From Phoronis australis (lineage: Eukaryota > Animalia > Phoronida), in assembly GCA_002633005.1 (NCBI GenBank), contig NMRA01000087.1:883990-947989 (forward strand): a DNA stretch of 64,000 nucleotides, in the 5' to 3' direction. Below the pieces are notes generated by a model. The model had not been told where the DNA came from. It worked only from the letters and a program-made list of their open reading frames with translations, and searched no databases. Each line of letters starts with the position of its first letter. Positions within the stretch are counted from its first letter, which is position 1. Below, piece after piece: positions 15,901-30,900 of this stretch. The position numbers and the translations under genes were made by a program.

Positions 15901-18900
15901 ACAGAATCTCTGTGATGTCGACATGGAAACACTACAGACAAAATAGAATCGCTGTGATGTCGACATGGAAACACTACAGACAAAATAGAACCAATGACAG
16001 GATTGCACTATGCTATCAAAGAAGGGGATTCTGTTGAGCGGGATCAGTGTAGACAAAATCACAACGCAACTGATTCAAGTACCAGAGAGAGGATGTTATG
16101 AAGGTCAAAATCAAGAATATTTCCTTTAGCAACAATGGAAGATTCATATTTAAACTACCAGCAAAGTTATAGCTACATTTCAAGGTGCTACGGTTCAGTA
16201 ATTAAAACAACAACCGGTATTGGCTCATGTTAAGCTCCAGCATTCATATCTAAACAAAAACTGCATATTTGATGCATTATTGCAAGACAATTTGGCAAGC
16301 ATACTTACAGAATCACTTTTGCCCAGAGGTTGTGCAAAGTCGGCCAGTATGGACACCATAGGACTAGGGGGGTCAGGGTTCACAGGAGGGGGTGACTCAT
16401 CAAGGAAGATGAGAAACAGCTTATTAACAATGTCCTGCAGACAAACAGACAAGGAGTAGACAAACAGGAAAACTTGAATGTATAAGGTCACGTACTAACT
16501 GACCTACTGAGGGAAGTTGGGAATAAAACTCTCAACCTTCCTCAGCTTTCTTATAATTCTAGACAGTTACTTTTCAGGATTTAACTTAGAAACTTCACGT
16601 GATAACCTTTGGTGCAGCGAAATATTATGGTTTTATATTTACATTGTAGGTCTGCTCCAGGTTAGCATCGTTGAAGAACAAAGTTTTGTATTTTGACAAA
16701 AGTACTTTAATTGGCACACTTACGTAGAAATGTTACTATAATTCGCCATTCTTATGAATCAAATTCAGATGGTCAATCAATATGCGCATATTAACAAGTC
16801 CCTCAAACAAAACATCTGACATACTTTGAAATGGCATCGATATACAAAGTTATTTCACTTTTTGTTCACTTCATGCATAGTTACACCTATATGTGATTGG
16901 CAAACTTACTGGGTCGGCAATTTTATCAAATGCTGACAGTAATACTGGCCCCGATAAAATCTCCTTCACCAGCGCACACAGACTGCTGCAATACACAAAC
17001 GGAATATGAAGTCAGTAAAACCTTCAACATAGCTTGCAAAATGCATTCCCAAATAAATCACAGACCAATTTAATACCTGCAGGCAAGCATAATGCATTAC
17101 AGAATTATTTGATACTTTAACTATCCAAAACAAGCAAATCTTAAGCAGCAAATCCTGTAACACCATTTCCACGTAGACCATTGCTTGGTCACATGAATAA
17201 ACTATACTAGCCACAAGTCTAATCAACATGACATCTAGACAACAAATCTGCTACTAGTAAATGACGAAAAATAATTGACAAAATTGCCTTTTTCTCATTT
17301 TGCATTGTAGTGAATACACGCAATTTCTCAAAACTTTTGTCTGATAGGAGATGTTGTACAAAACTTGAACATGGAAAAGCATTTAATTTAGTAAATAAAT
17401 GTATATGTTGCCTGGAAAAAATGAAATAAAATTTCACTGAACTGGAGAGATTTCACCATAACACTGATGCATAATTAAGACACAGGATATGACCCATTCC
17501 ATCAAAACAACCCCAAAACACGCAGCAGTCCATACAGCCCTTTGAAGCAGTTCTGCTTACCGACACTCTAGTGCCTGCGGTGATAATATATGCGGAAATA
17601 GCAGTTGCACTACTTTTCTTGTGTATTCATGCTCCGCCTGACGATTATACAGGGCACAGTGTAACCGTGGACCCATTTTTTCTAAAGCTATCTGTTGAAA
17701 ATCATCTTCAGATTTAACTGAAAAGAAACACATTAATATATCATAATTCTGTATATCATAATATACGTATATAACTGAAAATCAAAACTATAACCTCAAA
17801 CCAGGGAGTTCAGAAGCGCCTATTTTCATTCCACACATGATGATATTTGTACTCTGTATAACATGTTAGTTCTATATAATGTAGAAACTATCTTGTCATA
17901 TTCAGAATTCAACTGAACTTCTAAAGTGGCATACATCTATGCAGTCATTGTCTACCTACTGATATTCACAATATTCAAGGAATGATCTCGAGGAGGAAGG
18001 TAGTATGCCATCGTTATTAGCCCCCAAAAAACCAAAACGGAACATTTTAGGGAAGATTAATAGCTAACAGGTATGTTGAAATTGAAGGTCAAGTCAAAAA
18101 AGGCAAACTTGGTTCTGATATTTGTTTTTTTTGAAACTCGAATAGGTGGTGTGGTATTTTATTTCAATGCTCACTCATTCAAAAAAAAGTCATTGCTTAG
18201 AAAATCAAGAAATTTCAAACCTCGCTTACCCTTGCTTACATGAATTTATAAAGTTTTTCACAAAAACAATGGAACCTTGACTGAAATTGACATGGGGATG
18301 TTTTTAGTTGGTAAGCACAGGTCTCAAAATAAGTTGGGGCAACGGCCAGAACCAACTTTTCTTCACAGGTCTCATCAGTAATTTCACTTACTTGAGCGTT
18401 TAACTTTCAGACACACATCAGCATGTAGGGTGGCTGAAATGATCAGCTTATCTATGATCATGGTAGGCAAGTCGACCAGCCGTAGCCTCCTGAATATAGT
18501 TGCTGTAAGGAATCTTAAACTGCTACGCAACTCATCAATGAACACTTCGTCTTGACTTAAATTCCTGTAAAACGATCAAGGCCACATGAGAGGCAATGAT
18601 GTGGGTAATAAAATAACATGAGAAAATGAACTAAAATAAAGTTTAATTTACCCAGCTACTCATAAAGGGATTTACTGTACAGACTTGATGATCAACTGTG
18701 TGCCCCCGTAACCAGTTGTTAGTGAAACACATAGAACTTCATCAACACCAACTTAGCAGAAAATACAACCATAGAAAACTGTCTCTGACGCCCACTTATC
18801 ATAATTAATGAGATGCTCAATTAAAGCGAAGAAATTTTTCCTTCACGATTTGCGTGTATGATAATGGCAGAATCATATCACGCTAATGTCAAGGTCACTG

Positions 18901-21900
18901 AACAGGAAGAAAAGAATGGTACAAACATAGTACGTCACATATTAACTAAAGCATTACCTGTACCAGCCGTAGGCAAACTCTTTTAAAACCAACTCCAAAA
19001 ACTGTAAAAATGATCAGAAACATAATAAATGAGCAGTCTCACAGTGATCGTCACTATTCAAGCTCTGTTGCGTCATATTAGTGAATAAATCCTTCCTTGA
19101 AAATGGATTGATTGCCTGAATTCCAAAAAATCAATACTGAAAAGTTTCATAACAAAAATCAATATTGCAATTAAATATCCCCATTATGAACTGACAATCA
19201 AAAAACCCTGACAGGCATTTGTCTCCCCCCGTCCCTCTCTGTCTCTAACAAATTGAAATTTGAATAATAGCTACAATAAGATCGTGTATTATTTAGTAAG
19301 CCCAGGAACCAGCAACTTCCAAAGTAGATCAATTTTTAAAGACTGTTTAACTTGCCAAAATTATCGTCAACAAGCCCTGTCTAAGACTAAGTTGTAGCAA
19401 CTATGAGTGATACAATAACTTGCCAAACTTCACATCTTGAATTATTTCTTCAGATAAATAAAAAAATCATAACAAAGCAAAAGTCATCACTGAAATATAT
19501 GCAGGGTTGTAGCTTTACTTGTCAAGAGCTCTCTGTGAGCAGGCACAAGCTAGTTATAACGACAACTGAACAAAGGCACAGTTTAACCTACCTCTGTGAG
19601 TGCATGGTCAACCTTGGCGGGAATTTTGAGATCAGTCCAAGGTTGTGTGTCCTCTATACTTTGACCAGGCCTGTTAAGAATACCCAAGCGTAGTTAGTTC
19701 AACAGCCTGGAAGCTTTATTCTATTCTCATTATGTTAATGCACAGCTTTGGAGAAGACATCAAAACACACAGCCAGTCTAAGGTGTAGACAGAGGAAGTG
19801 TTCACTAGTAAGAGTTAATGACTATCATTATGTGCGTGTGCGAGCTTGCATGGCAAGTCAAGATGTCACCTTTACCATCTGTTGAATACTTTGGCTATGC
19901 CACCATTTTAAATTTGAATTTATTAAATAATTATTACACGATTCAGTCCCGCATTTAATAAAATTTCACAGAAGCAGCAATCATCTTTTCTTCATACAGC
20001 TACATCCAATTTCCAATTTGATTTAAAATGCTACAGTCACAAATAAAACCTATGCGGTCTTCTGCACTGAGATGACAAAATCACTGACAATTCAATAAAA
20101 ACCCCCATAACTACTAGACAGTGTCACTATTTAATTTCTAGACATGTGAAACAGCCAGCATACTTTGCCTACATGCCCATATGCATTGAATATAGTTCAT
20201 TACTTGGTAAATATGCAATGAAACAACAGCCTAAGCATTAAACATAGAGATGTGTGAGAGAAACGAACACTTGCTTGAAAGACTGACAACAAAAATGTCG
20301 ACAGTCAAGGCTTTACTAAAGGCGTGTCAAATACTGTGAAGAAAGGCAGAGAAATGTTGGTCAAAATTTGAAAATTGAAAAAAGTAAATAATGCTTCAAA
20401 GAAGATAGGAAAAGACTTACAGTAGGGCTGTAGACTTATACTACCAAGAAGAGATCTGGTAGTTTAAACACTTACCTATGCCGTGTGCATGTGGAGTCTG
20501 AACACACTGGACAAACCCTAAGCTTGGATACTTCTAGGTTCTGTAAATGAAACACATCCTGTGAGGAGCTCATTCACAACTAACGACTCTCCTAGTTTTG
20601 CCAAAAACCAACATACAAAGTCAATCAAACACCATTCTAACAAACCCCGATGGGATGCTTAACATTCATTGTAACGGAAGTTTTCTGTAATCATATTGTC
20701 GACTTATGACAGAGAACAGTTGGTTTGAGACTTGTGGAATTTAACTTTGTAAGCGAGCAGATATCAACTAGGCTTGTTTAACGTGATTCGACTAGGATTT
20801 TGAATGAATAGACGCATATACATTGCCTCAATCAACACTGTAGAATGCAGTTTCATGCTTTGAAAGACTTTATACAAAATCTAGTCTGATCCTAATCGCA
20901 AATGTTCCATTGGCGGAAGGTTTTAAGCAACTAGAATGGTGTGGTGGTGAAATCTCACCAATTTAAGACACAATATGGCCGACAAGTGAAATCACACTTT
21001 CTTATATTTTCTCCATAAAAGATATGTAGCACCACATTAATGATTTTCCGTGTTCAAGTTCTGTTACCATAGCTACCACCAGATAAGGTTTTGAAAACAT
21101 GTGACCATTCACAGCAAAGATAGAAGCACTTGAAAAATGAAAAAAGGCAATTTTGGCAATTATTTTTGTCCAAAATTAGAGATTTTACCGTGTCGGAAGT
21201 TAATATTACTATATTATGACAAAAGTACATAACAAATTAACGTACATTTTTCAACACTTAGCTTTACATTACATTCTCCAAAAAAAAACGCCACCTTAAA
21301 GAGGCATTTCACACCATTTAGCTGGCTAAAAACCAAAAATCAAATCAGTCATTTTTCCCTCATAAACTCTGTCTCATGATATTCTTAATTGTCAAGGATT
21401 CTATTTCTGTTACCAACCAGGACACCGAAACCATCTGATCAGTGACTAAAGAAAATGCTTCATCAGAGTTTATTGGGGAGGGCCAACCCTAAAATTGCAG
21501 ATTTGTAAATTGCGCATGCGCTCATTGTCTGTGACTATTGATGTGCCGGCTTATTTGACAAGATAAGTGTGACAATGTAGTATTGTAAGTACTTGAAAAT
21601 CACCAATTTCAACAGAACAACTCCAGGTGTCAAATCAGAGCATCTGCAAAAACTATCTCAAGATATGTTAATGACCTGATATCGAGTAATGAGCATTTAT
21701 TGGTCGAAACACAATGCATAAAATCGGGACAACCAATCACAGCAATAGTCATCCTACATTGTATTTAGTGAAAAGTCGTCAGATATTGTTGCTCATTTTC
21801 CCATGGTTTATGGTATAACGAGGAATGGGGAGGCAGTGTGCTTGTGATGGTTGTGACAACTCCGTATCCGACCAAGATGTGGCTCTTTTCACTTTTCAGA

Positions 21901-24900
21901 GAAGCGTGAATATAAGTTTGAACAAGAAACTCCCATGTTGGTGGGTATCACACACTGGTGCTGGGTTGTTCACACGCTACACTCATGTCCGTGGAGCTAA
22001 GAAACTTTCAGTTAGAATTACCTTTCCTCTATTTTCTTGTTTTTTGTGTATTGATTTCACAAATGCGATATGCAGTGCTATAAAAAAAGGTTTGATGATG
22101 CTGACAATATAGTCACTTTTCAAAACAAAGTAATTGGTGGTTTTAAGCATTAGAGGTAAAATCCAGCTTCAACACAATTCTACATATGACATGAGGCAGA
22201 TTTTTTAATATTAAAATAAATTATATATCATACCTTTTTTCTTCTGTGAAACATGATTAGAAAGTTGGGACAAAAGCTGTCTTCGCTGGAAAAGAGACAG
22301 GAAAGCAATCTTGAATTTGGTGCTATAGAGAAATTTGCAGACAACTTAGTGTAAGTGACCTACTGTTAAATACACACATATGACTAAGAAGACCACATAC
22401 CAAATTACTGTAGTCCCTCTTATCCCATAGGCAGGGTAGGCAGAACGGCTAAATAATAAACGGTAAACCTGGATTTAAGAAGTATGTATTTACACTTGAG
22501 CCAATATGGGTGCAATTACCGTAAACCATTATTCTCAACTAGCAGATAGTTCTGACATATCAATCAAGCTGATAATTCCAGCCAATCAGGTGGAGAGAAC
22601 ATGTAAACACAACGGCAGTATATCATCTTCGTCCCACAAACGTCACTGGTTACGAACGAAAGCATTAAGATGGTTTTACGGTACACTTGGCCATTAGCAA
22701 CGCAAATCAATGATACACAGAAAACGAAAGAAAAAAGTGCCTGCCGCTGATATAAGCATATGGTACACTTGACGAATGGATGAATATATGCCTGGATAAA
22801 CCATAAACTATTATCGAGCATCTCTGGATAAACAAGCACAAAGTGACTGATATTCACGTTCATCACTATTTTCTTTAATGGAATATAACGTGAATAAATG
22901 TGGAACTATGAGTGCTGATGATAGTGTGCCCTAAAAATCAGGTAATAGACACTCAATACCAGACCACAACTGGAAACTAAAACAAATTTTGAAATGTTGT
23001 CAAATTACTGGGCATGATTTCTGTTATGAAATATTTTGTGGCCAGATCACCTAATCCTGTGTCACAGAACATAAGACTACAATACAAACTACTACTGCCC
23101 ACACACACACACTGTCTGTCTGAATCAATCAGACATCCATAATGTGAATGAGGCTATGTGGATTATAACACCAGCTGCAACAGTCATTTATTAGCCCAAG
23201 ATCCATTTCGATTATGTGGCTCTATATGGCGACAATTTCAGTGACATATATAATATAATCAAAAACACATCATAGAGAATCTGTTAGGTAAATGGTTTGA
23301 ACTTGTTCCTTACTCGTATTAAAGTTGATTGCTGAGGCTTTGAACTACCAATTAGCTAGTACATGAGACCAGACTTAACAATACATGGCTTATAGTCTGG
23401 GCCTGTGGCAGGTCATTTTATTTCCCAAAGGCATTCTCAAAGATTAATGACTTGTTGTTAATAAGCCTAGAAATCCCTTCTCATCCCAGTTAAGAACAAG
23501 TTGAGATCAGTCAAAGCAGTAAGTGTTCTGAATCAAACTTTATTTTTGAGGGAACGTGCCCTTATCCAGTTTTTGCAAAAAATGACCACTACAATGAGAA
23601 CCTTACAAGCGATTGTAAAAAAATAATAGGAGTCATATAAAGTGTCAGCTGATAAGAACACCAATATCCAAACATAAATAAGGGCGCCTGTTAGCTGAGG
23701 GTAGTAGACCAAGGCAGAAGGACCCAGCTCCAGGGACTTTTCTCCATGACCGCCTGTATATTGAGTATCCAACACAGTCTAGGAGTAGGTACTAGTGCTG
23801 CCAACTCCAGGAAAACAAATGGGTCAATATTTCGTCCCCTTCATTTCCAACTGCATGGAATTAGTAGCAGCCAGGATACAACTTCAATTTCACACAATTA
23901 GCATGCAAACTTCCATAAAAGCTCAAAAACTTTTACATTACATTATTGCAAGGTCAACAGCGTCACCTCTCGTTTTGATGGGATTTTCAGAAACATCGCC
24001 GAGGTAAAAGAGTCACATTAGAAAAATTGCTTTGTACAAAAGACAGTCCTAATTGCCACATCCCCGAATACCACAGTGTCCTCTCTCTCATTCTGGGTTA
24101 TTTAGGCAGTAGTTGTACACCACTGTCATACTATTCAATCACTATTTTGCATTGTGACGCCAATAACCAATGATAGTACATAGACAGTTGCTGCAATGCA
24201 GACATCAAAACATTTGAGTGCCCCATGAAAAATCATTACATAACTTGTTCCACTCAACTCAGAAGTATGCTAGCAGTCTTACTTTTCAAAAACTAGGTCA
24301 ACCATACAATGCAAAAGACAGCACTTGAATAGAAGATGTGGCAATGCTGCTCGAATTGAAATAGGAGGCCCAATGTCCACCAGGTGACCGCAAATAACAG
24401 CAGTATTTTTAACTTCTGAACAGACTGAGACAAAAAATAGACCATCGGCATGATGGAATTCTTGAGATAAGGATCCCACGCGATTGCATGATTGCAGGCA
24501 TTTCTATTGGAACGAATTGTGCAACACAAGTGCCACTTAAGTTCATTTCAAGTCACTCATAAGAGAAGTTGCTTCTTCCTCGACGCCACTCTACATTTTG
24601 ATAACACTGTTAGAGTGTGCCAATGCCAAATGATTTACACACTAAAAGGTGTAAAGCAAGGAGTAGTGGAACAAAAGTTACACAATTGCCACATTTTCCA
24701 AGCCACGGATGACAAGTTTTACAGGCCACATTTGCCACTGAGTCTGAAAATGGCGAGATGTTATCATAGAACATAGCAGGCACGAACTTGGATGAAGATA
24801 ACATGATTCCATTTGAAAGGCAATAAAAAATTTCACGATCGGTTTTTGTACAAAATGTCGTCAATCGAAAGTGCTAAGAAATGTACATGCAACTGCTTAG

Positions 24901-27900
24901 ATCTGTGAAAGGGAAAACTAGTGAATTTCCAGTGAACTTGACAGTAATGGGAAACCCATTCACTGAGCACAAGGCAGATAGTTATGGTTTCCATTAAACA
25001 CACATGTTACAATTTTCTTGAATAAGTGCCCAGGTACTTGGAATAAAACAAGGCAATGACAGGGTATAGAACAAAACCAAACCGAAAGCACCCAAAACAG
25101 CATTTCTAGAACACATCTCCTGAAGTTATAGAGGGACTGGAGTATTTACCATGTTTCACACACTCAGGATAATCACAACAGAGGGAATCCTTCTGAGGAC
25201 CAGTGCACATTTAAAAAACAGTGTTTTTTGTTTGACCTATGACCAGGTCACTCTGCTTCTGAGCACACTTTGACCCAGGAGGCATGTGTTTATAAATACT
25301 TTACTCAGGTCACCAGGAAAAAGTTTAATCAAAAGTTCATTCCAAACTAATAATGGTGGTGCTAGGTAGTTGAGGGTACAGGACATTCAGTCAGAATTAT
25401 TTACTTTGGTAAAATTTTTACAATATTAACATCTTTTCACATTTTCGCTCAGATACAATGTTAAGAGCACACTCACACACTCCTACTTATGTACTAGTAT
25501 AAGTACTCTCGAGTTCCGAATAGCCTTATCTATACGATTATTTTTTTCACACTCGTTTTCCGGTCTGTACGACACTTATTCAGGTATCTAAGTTTATTAA
25601 TTTTCCAACCTTTTTCTGCTCTCCACGATTATTTGATTCAGCAAGTTCACAATTTTCGTTTCATTCAATACCAGTTTGTTACACAAAAAACTTTGCTGCT
25701 GACACCGGGTATCGTACCTTGGTCATAAGACGAAGTAAATTCGCTCTAAACCTCTAGACCACGAGACACTCAGTTCAGAATTTGTAATTTAGAGAGCTAT
25801 ATACGACTCCGCGTTACACACGGAAGTCACGTCATACACATTAAAAGATTTTATTCTTTAAAATATGACAACTGTACGTTTCAAAGCGCAAAATAATCGG
25901 ACTCCCAAGCAAGGGTTTATGCAGCGGCCGTCTGTTGGACGGCCAGAATGTTATTTTGGACGGGTTCGACGGGATCGGTCAGAAGAGTGTTGGCAAAATT
26001 TAAAAAAGCTTGAAACGATGACCACTTTCTCAATATTAACGGCTGGTTGGCAGTCGCTCAAAGAAATAGGCCATCAGTAATTTCAGAAATGAGAAATTTA
26101 ATGCACAAAAAGTGCATTTTTCAATATTCTGTGCACCCCGTGACACAGATCGGTGTTGCCGGAAGCTCAACATACATATGAATAAAAACGCTTTCGATGA
26201 GTTTCTTCGGGTGATCCAATATTTATGATTGCACATTGTGAAAAACTGGAAAGCCGTTACAACTCTTCACTGTGTCTTTCCCCGAAGTTTGCATTTCCGG
26301 GGGGAGTAATTTCGGGAATATGCACAGCCAGTGTCATCTGAGGTTTCCGTCATTATTGACACGCGCATTCTACATACTTAATCATGTCGTCTGCCGCGCA
26401 AAGGCCTAAAGAATTTGAGGATTATTTTACAAACCGAGAGATGTTCCAGATGCAGACATTGATTCAGATGCTGGTACGACAAATAATCCAGCTACAGATA
26501 CGGACCGTGGTGATAACGTGGCCATTCAACAAAGTTCAAATACCTGTGCAATTAATGAACGGTGCCGAACCTTTCAATCAACAAAGTACCAACAAGTTGC
26601 CGACAACATCGGACATCAGCATTTTTACAATTCGCCCCAAACTTGAGAATAGATAACAGAAAGAATGGACTTGTGTGACAATCTTGAAAGTGACATAGTT
26701 GCTAACGTTCGACAATCCAGTCGATATCTATTGAAATTGATTTCTACTTGTTCTCCCGTCCAAATAAATGGAAAAACGCACGTGCATCGGTTTGTTTATT
26801 TACCATAGATATTCAAGATGGTGGACGTATTTGTGGTCGTGGACTCGAATGTTGGGCAATTCTGCAAGAAATCTCAATTTCTGGCCGTGTAAAATTTTGC
26901 ATGTACCGACTTTTTGACGTCGAATTCTGATGAACATTACGAGGGTATTGACTGTGAACATTGTGCAAGACATGAGATTGAGAGTAACAAAGGCTTGACT
27001 GTCAGGAACATGTATGATAAAAATGCGACTCGTTTTACCAAGACACTTTATTATATTAATTCAGTCTGTCGGCTTCGTGGAAGACTGGATGTTGCTGCTG
27101 AAATCTTTACCTCCTTGTTATAGTTTTTGGACTTAGTCGACATTGGCATCTCTAGTATGAATGTCACATTCTTTTTTGAGTAAAATGATTCCGCATACTG
27201 TTTGAAACACATCTATATAGACTTCCATTTAAAGTTATTGATTAATCAAATGGTCTTTTGTTTTAGCAATCATTCACTTTTATTCCACTTCACTGTACTA
27301 TGTTATGGCATGGGTGGATACACCACTGCGATAATTTAACTATGCTAATGTTCAGTTTAAAAGTTTTTCTTTGAAACAATTACTTAAAGCGGTGGTAAGT
27401 CAGACAGACTTTGCTTCTTTGCACTATTATTCCCATCTATATCATTATTAGATTTTGTACTTCCTATTATTTCCATCTTCCGTTACTAGATTTTATGCAA
27501 ATTTGTAATCAATATTATTATTCCAGTCTATACTATTTTTAATTTTCCACAAATTTCCCTTCTACACCATTATTCCCAAGAATTTGCTGTTTTGCATTAT
27601 TATTCCCTTCTATATCATTATTAGATTTTACCTAAATTTGTAATCAATATTATTATTCCAGTCTATACTATGTTTAAATTTCCACAAATTTGGCGTCTAT
27701 ACCATTTTTCCATTCTATACTATTATTAGTTTTTTCCGACAATTTCTGGTCTATACTATTAATTTATTCTACAGAAACTTTTCTAGTGGCAAAAATGTTG
27801 GGTCTATACTATTGTTAGAGTCTCTACTATTATTAAAAATCGTGAAATTTTCCAGTCTATACTATTATTGCTGTCTCTACAACTATTCAGAACTTGAGAG

Positions 27901-30900
27901 TAGTATAATAATAAGATAAATAAAATAAGACACAGATTTTATTAGATCAATGTGGAGCTCAAGCTGCTGATTGCAAGGACGGACCTCCTGTTGGAAGGAA
28001 GGACCCAAAAATACAAAGAACAGGTAAGAGCTGGGAAGGACAAGGTTGTGAAAGTAGTGCCATTATTTGATTTATTCACATGCCATTAAAACTTGAATGG
28101 AATGTCAGAATTTGAAGTGGACATTATTAGTAATAAGACTGCAACTGTGTCAACAAAATGACAATTTAGGAACTTATTTTTGTACGAAACAGGTAAGGAA
28201 TTATCATAATTATCTATTTTTTCATGACGGGCACACAACTCAAGCACAGTGACAGAAATGTGAATTTTACAGCATCTGATACACAACATGACAATGAACA
28301 GTAAACGTGATCAGAGATCCCAAAATGAAAATCGGCCCATCCTTGCCATCAAAACCTGTACTTCTAACTAAGGCTACAATGAATTGAATCTCAATTCAAG
28401 AGCGACTGATTTTGATGTCATTAAGCCAAGGCCCATTTTGTTTCAATTATTATTTCCAATTTTTGCTGTTAGATGTCTTACAAAGTTACAACTTGTTTGC
28501 ATTTTTGGAAAAGTAATATTGAGATATTGAACAAATAAACAGCTCAGGATCGTTCATTAATTGGAATCTTATCACATTTAACAATTTTGTTTATTAAAAT
28601 TGGTACAAGTGGTAAGTTAACTACCGTAAACGTTCGGGTTAATGCCCATGCTCAGTTAACCGCCCACCCCGTACTTTAGGTGGATTTTCGATTTAACCGC
28701 CCACTGCTCAGTTAAGCGCCCCCTGCGATTTTTGAAGATTTCCAGTTAAGCGCCCACCTCTCGGTTAAGCGCCCATCCCCGACTTTTAAAGAATGAAGAT
28801 TTATCGCCCAGTGCTAAGGAAACGAGCGATTCCCCGACTTTTAGAAAAAGATCGATGATCACAATGAGCACGACGGGGGGCCTCCGAGACGGTGGTTTAG
28901 CAATGTGAATTGCAATTATACAAGTAACGAGTTATTGTCTTGGGTCATGGACTCACTTCAAAATATAATACTTGAACGTTTTTTCACTTTATTTTCTTCC
29001 CATGTTTGCAAAGTTTAAGAACACCGCCGGCGTCAAAACCTCCGTTTTCAGCGACTTTGTCTGCCGCGCTGAGTTTCCGTTTGCAGTGCACTAGAAAAAT
29101 CATATATTCGAAATAATAAGACCAGAGAAATGTGACAATGGTTTTGCCAACCCTCCAAATTCTATTGAGGTGGGAAGCTCTCGTACTTTGAGGAAATCTC
29201 ACAACTCACGGAAAGATGTCAAATTCTCAATATTTTGATGAATGTAACTGCCGGGTTATAGAAGATGTGTGGCGACCGAAGGGACAGCACAAGTGCCTCA
29301 ATGGGTTACCGATTTCGTTGCTGCCTATCGATTTCTGAATTCAAAGGTTGGCAATAATTTACGTTTGTGTATGATCTTGAGGTAATAAAAAACTGCTAGT
29401 CAAATTTATTTTGTTTTTCGCTTATTGCATCTCAGTCAAACTGGCGTCAGCAGATACTAACGTCGTTGGCTGTTCTTTACTATTTCTTGCATCAGTCCCC
29501 ACGTATAAGCGTGACCGTCGTGTGAATTATCTTTTCCACATCCCCTTTTTCGCCATCCAGAATAATTTTGTTTATACATTGGCCAGTTTCAGCATGAACA
29601 AAAATTCTTACCATTCGAGTCTGAAATATCTACGACGTAGACTGACTGAAAATTGGCGATAGTGGGTAGGAGATGCACGCAGCTACCTACGGGCATGGGC
29701 TTAGGGAGCATCGAGCCGGGAAATATCGGAATAGACTTGACATTGCAGTTTTAGGGAACATTGGCAACGGAGGAATATCGTAAAGAACTGGGTCTTTCGT
29801 AACAACAGCTTAAAAGTACATAGTCACGCCCGTTTTTGTTACTTTGGGCTATTCTCTTTTGATGTGTGACTTTTTAGTCATTTTGGTGCACGTGCGCAAG
29901 TTCCCACACTTTGCAGTGCATGTTACCTTGACACCAACATGTGATTGACAGGTGACTCACACTGATTCCCGCCGCAATCTTTGGCCATAAAAACACTAGA
30001 TGCATATTGAAAGAGGCCGTTATATTACTTGACGGCATTTCCAAGTCACGATTGTCAGCCGACTGAGACATTGCGCGCAAACGGCGGGACCGAACAGTGC
30101 CGCAGTGCGATATTGCAAGTGATATAAATAGGATAATCTGGACATCTTGCATGAAAAATAAATGTTTTTCCACCACGAAGTTTGGTAAGGTGATCGTTTA
30201 AGAATGAATTGAAACATCGCTGTTTTGTGGCGTTTATCTCATATTTATGTCGTGGCTCGAAATTTTAATCTTGATTGACGAGTGGCTCACGGCCGCTTAA
30301 CCCCGATTCTTGTCTTAGGCCTAGTTCTTTGCCGAGCATGTTTGGCGCAACGGCAAGTGAGCAATGCCGGGCAGTCGAGATAAAATAGTTAGCTGCAGAA
30401 CCATACGCTGAAAATGTCATTGAGTCACGGAGTGTCGAAACATCCTAAACACAAAAAAACATCTGAATTACGTTTTTCAAACTTTTATTACAACTAATTT
30501 TAAAACTGCTCTCAGACGAACTTGGCAGCTCAGTACGAGACTGTAACCATAAATTTGATGTCTGCTGTGACCTCTGCAACACGTGAAGCTTGCACGCGCG
30601 CACTGTAACAAGGTCACATCTTGAAATAGTTGAAAACCAAGTAGAGGCTGCGTGGTCACTGGTCGTCTGTGCTCTAGAGGGCAAAGTAACAAGACTGCAG
30701 GATGCCACGGGGCTATTACTCAGCAGTTCTGTAAATTTAATAGTGAATAACTAATCTGAGGGCAAGAGAATCTTTGTTGGGATCATCCGCTGTTATGACA
30801 TTTTTCCCCGTCATGTGGCGACGTGACCGATAACGCTCTTGGAAAAGTGTTACGCGTTCCGAGTACGAGGTAAGATTAACCGCCCAGGGCGGTTGCCTGT

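Noticed and set aside
27420-27890. Repeat-spacer-like array resembling CRISPR
   Set aside because: The motifs are degenerate and irregularly spaced, sit inside a TIR element in a eukaryotic intron, and have no cas genes nearby. They are subterminal transposon repeats.
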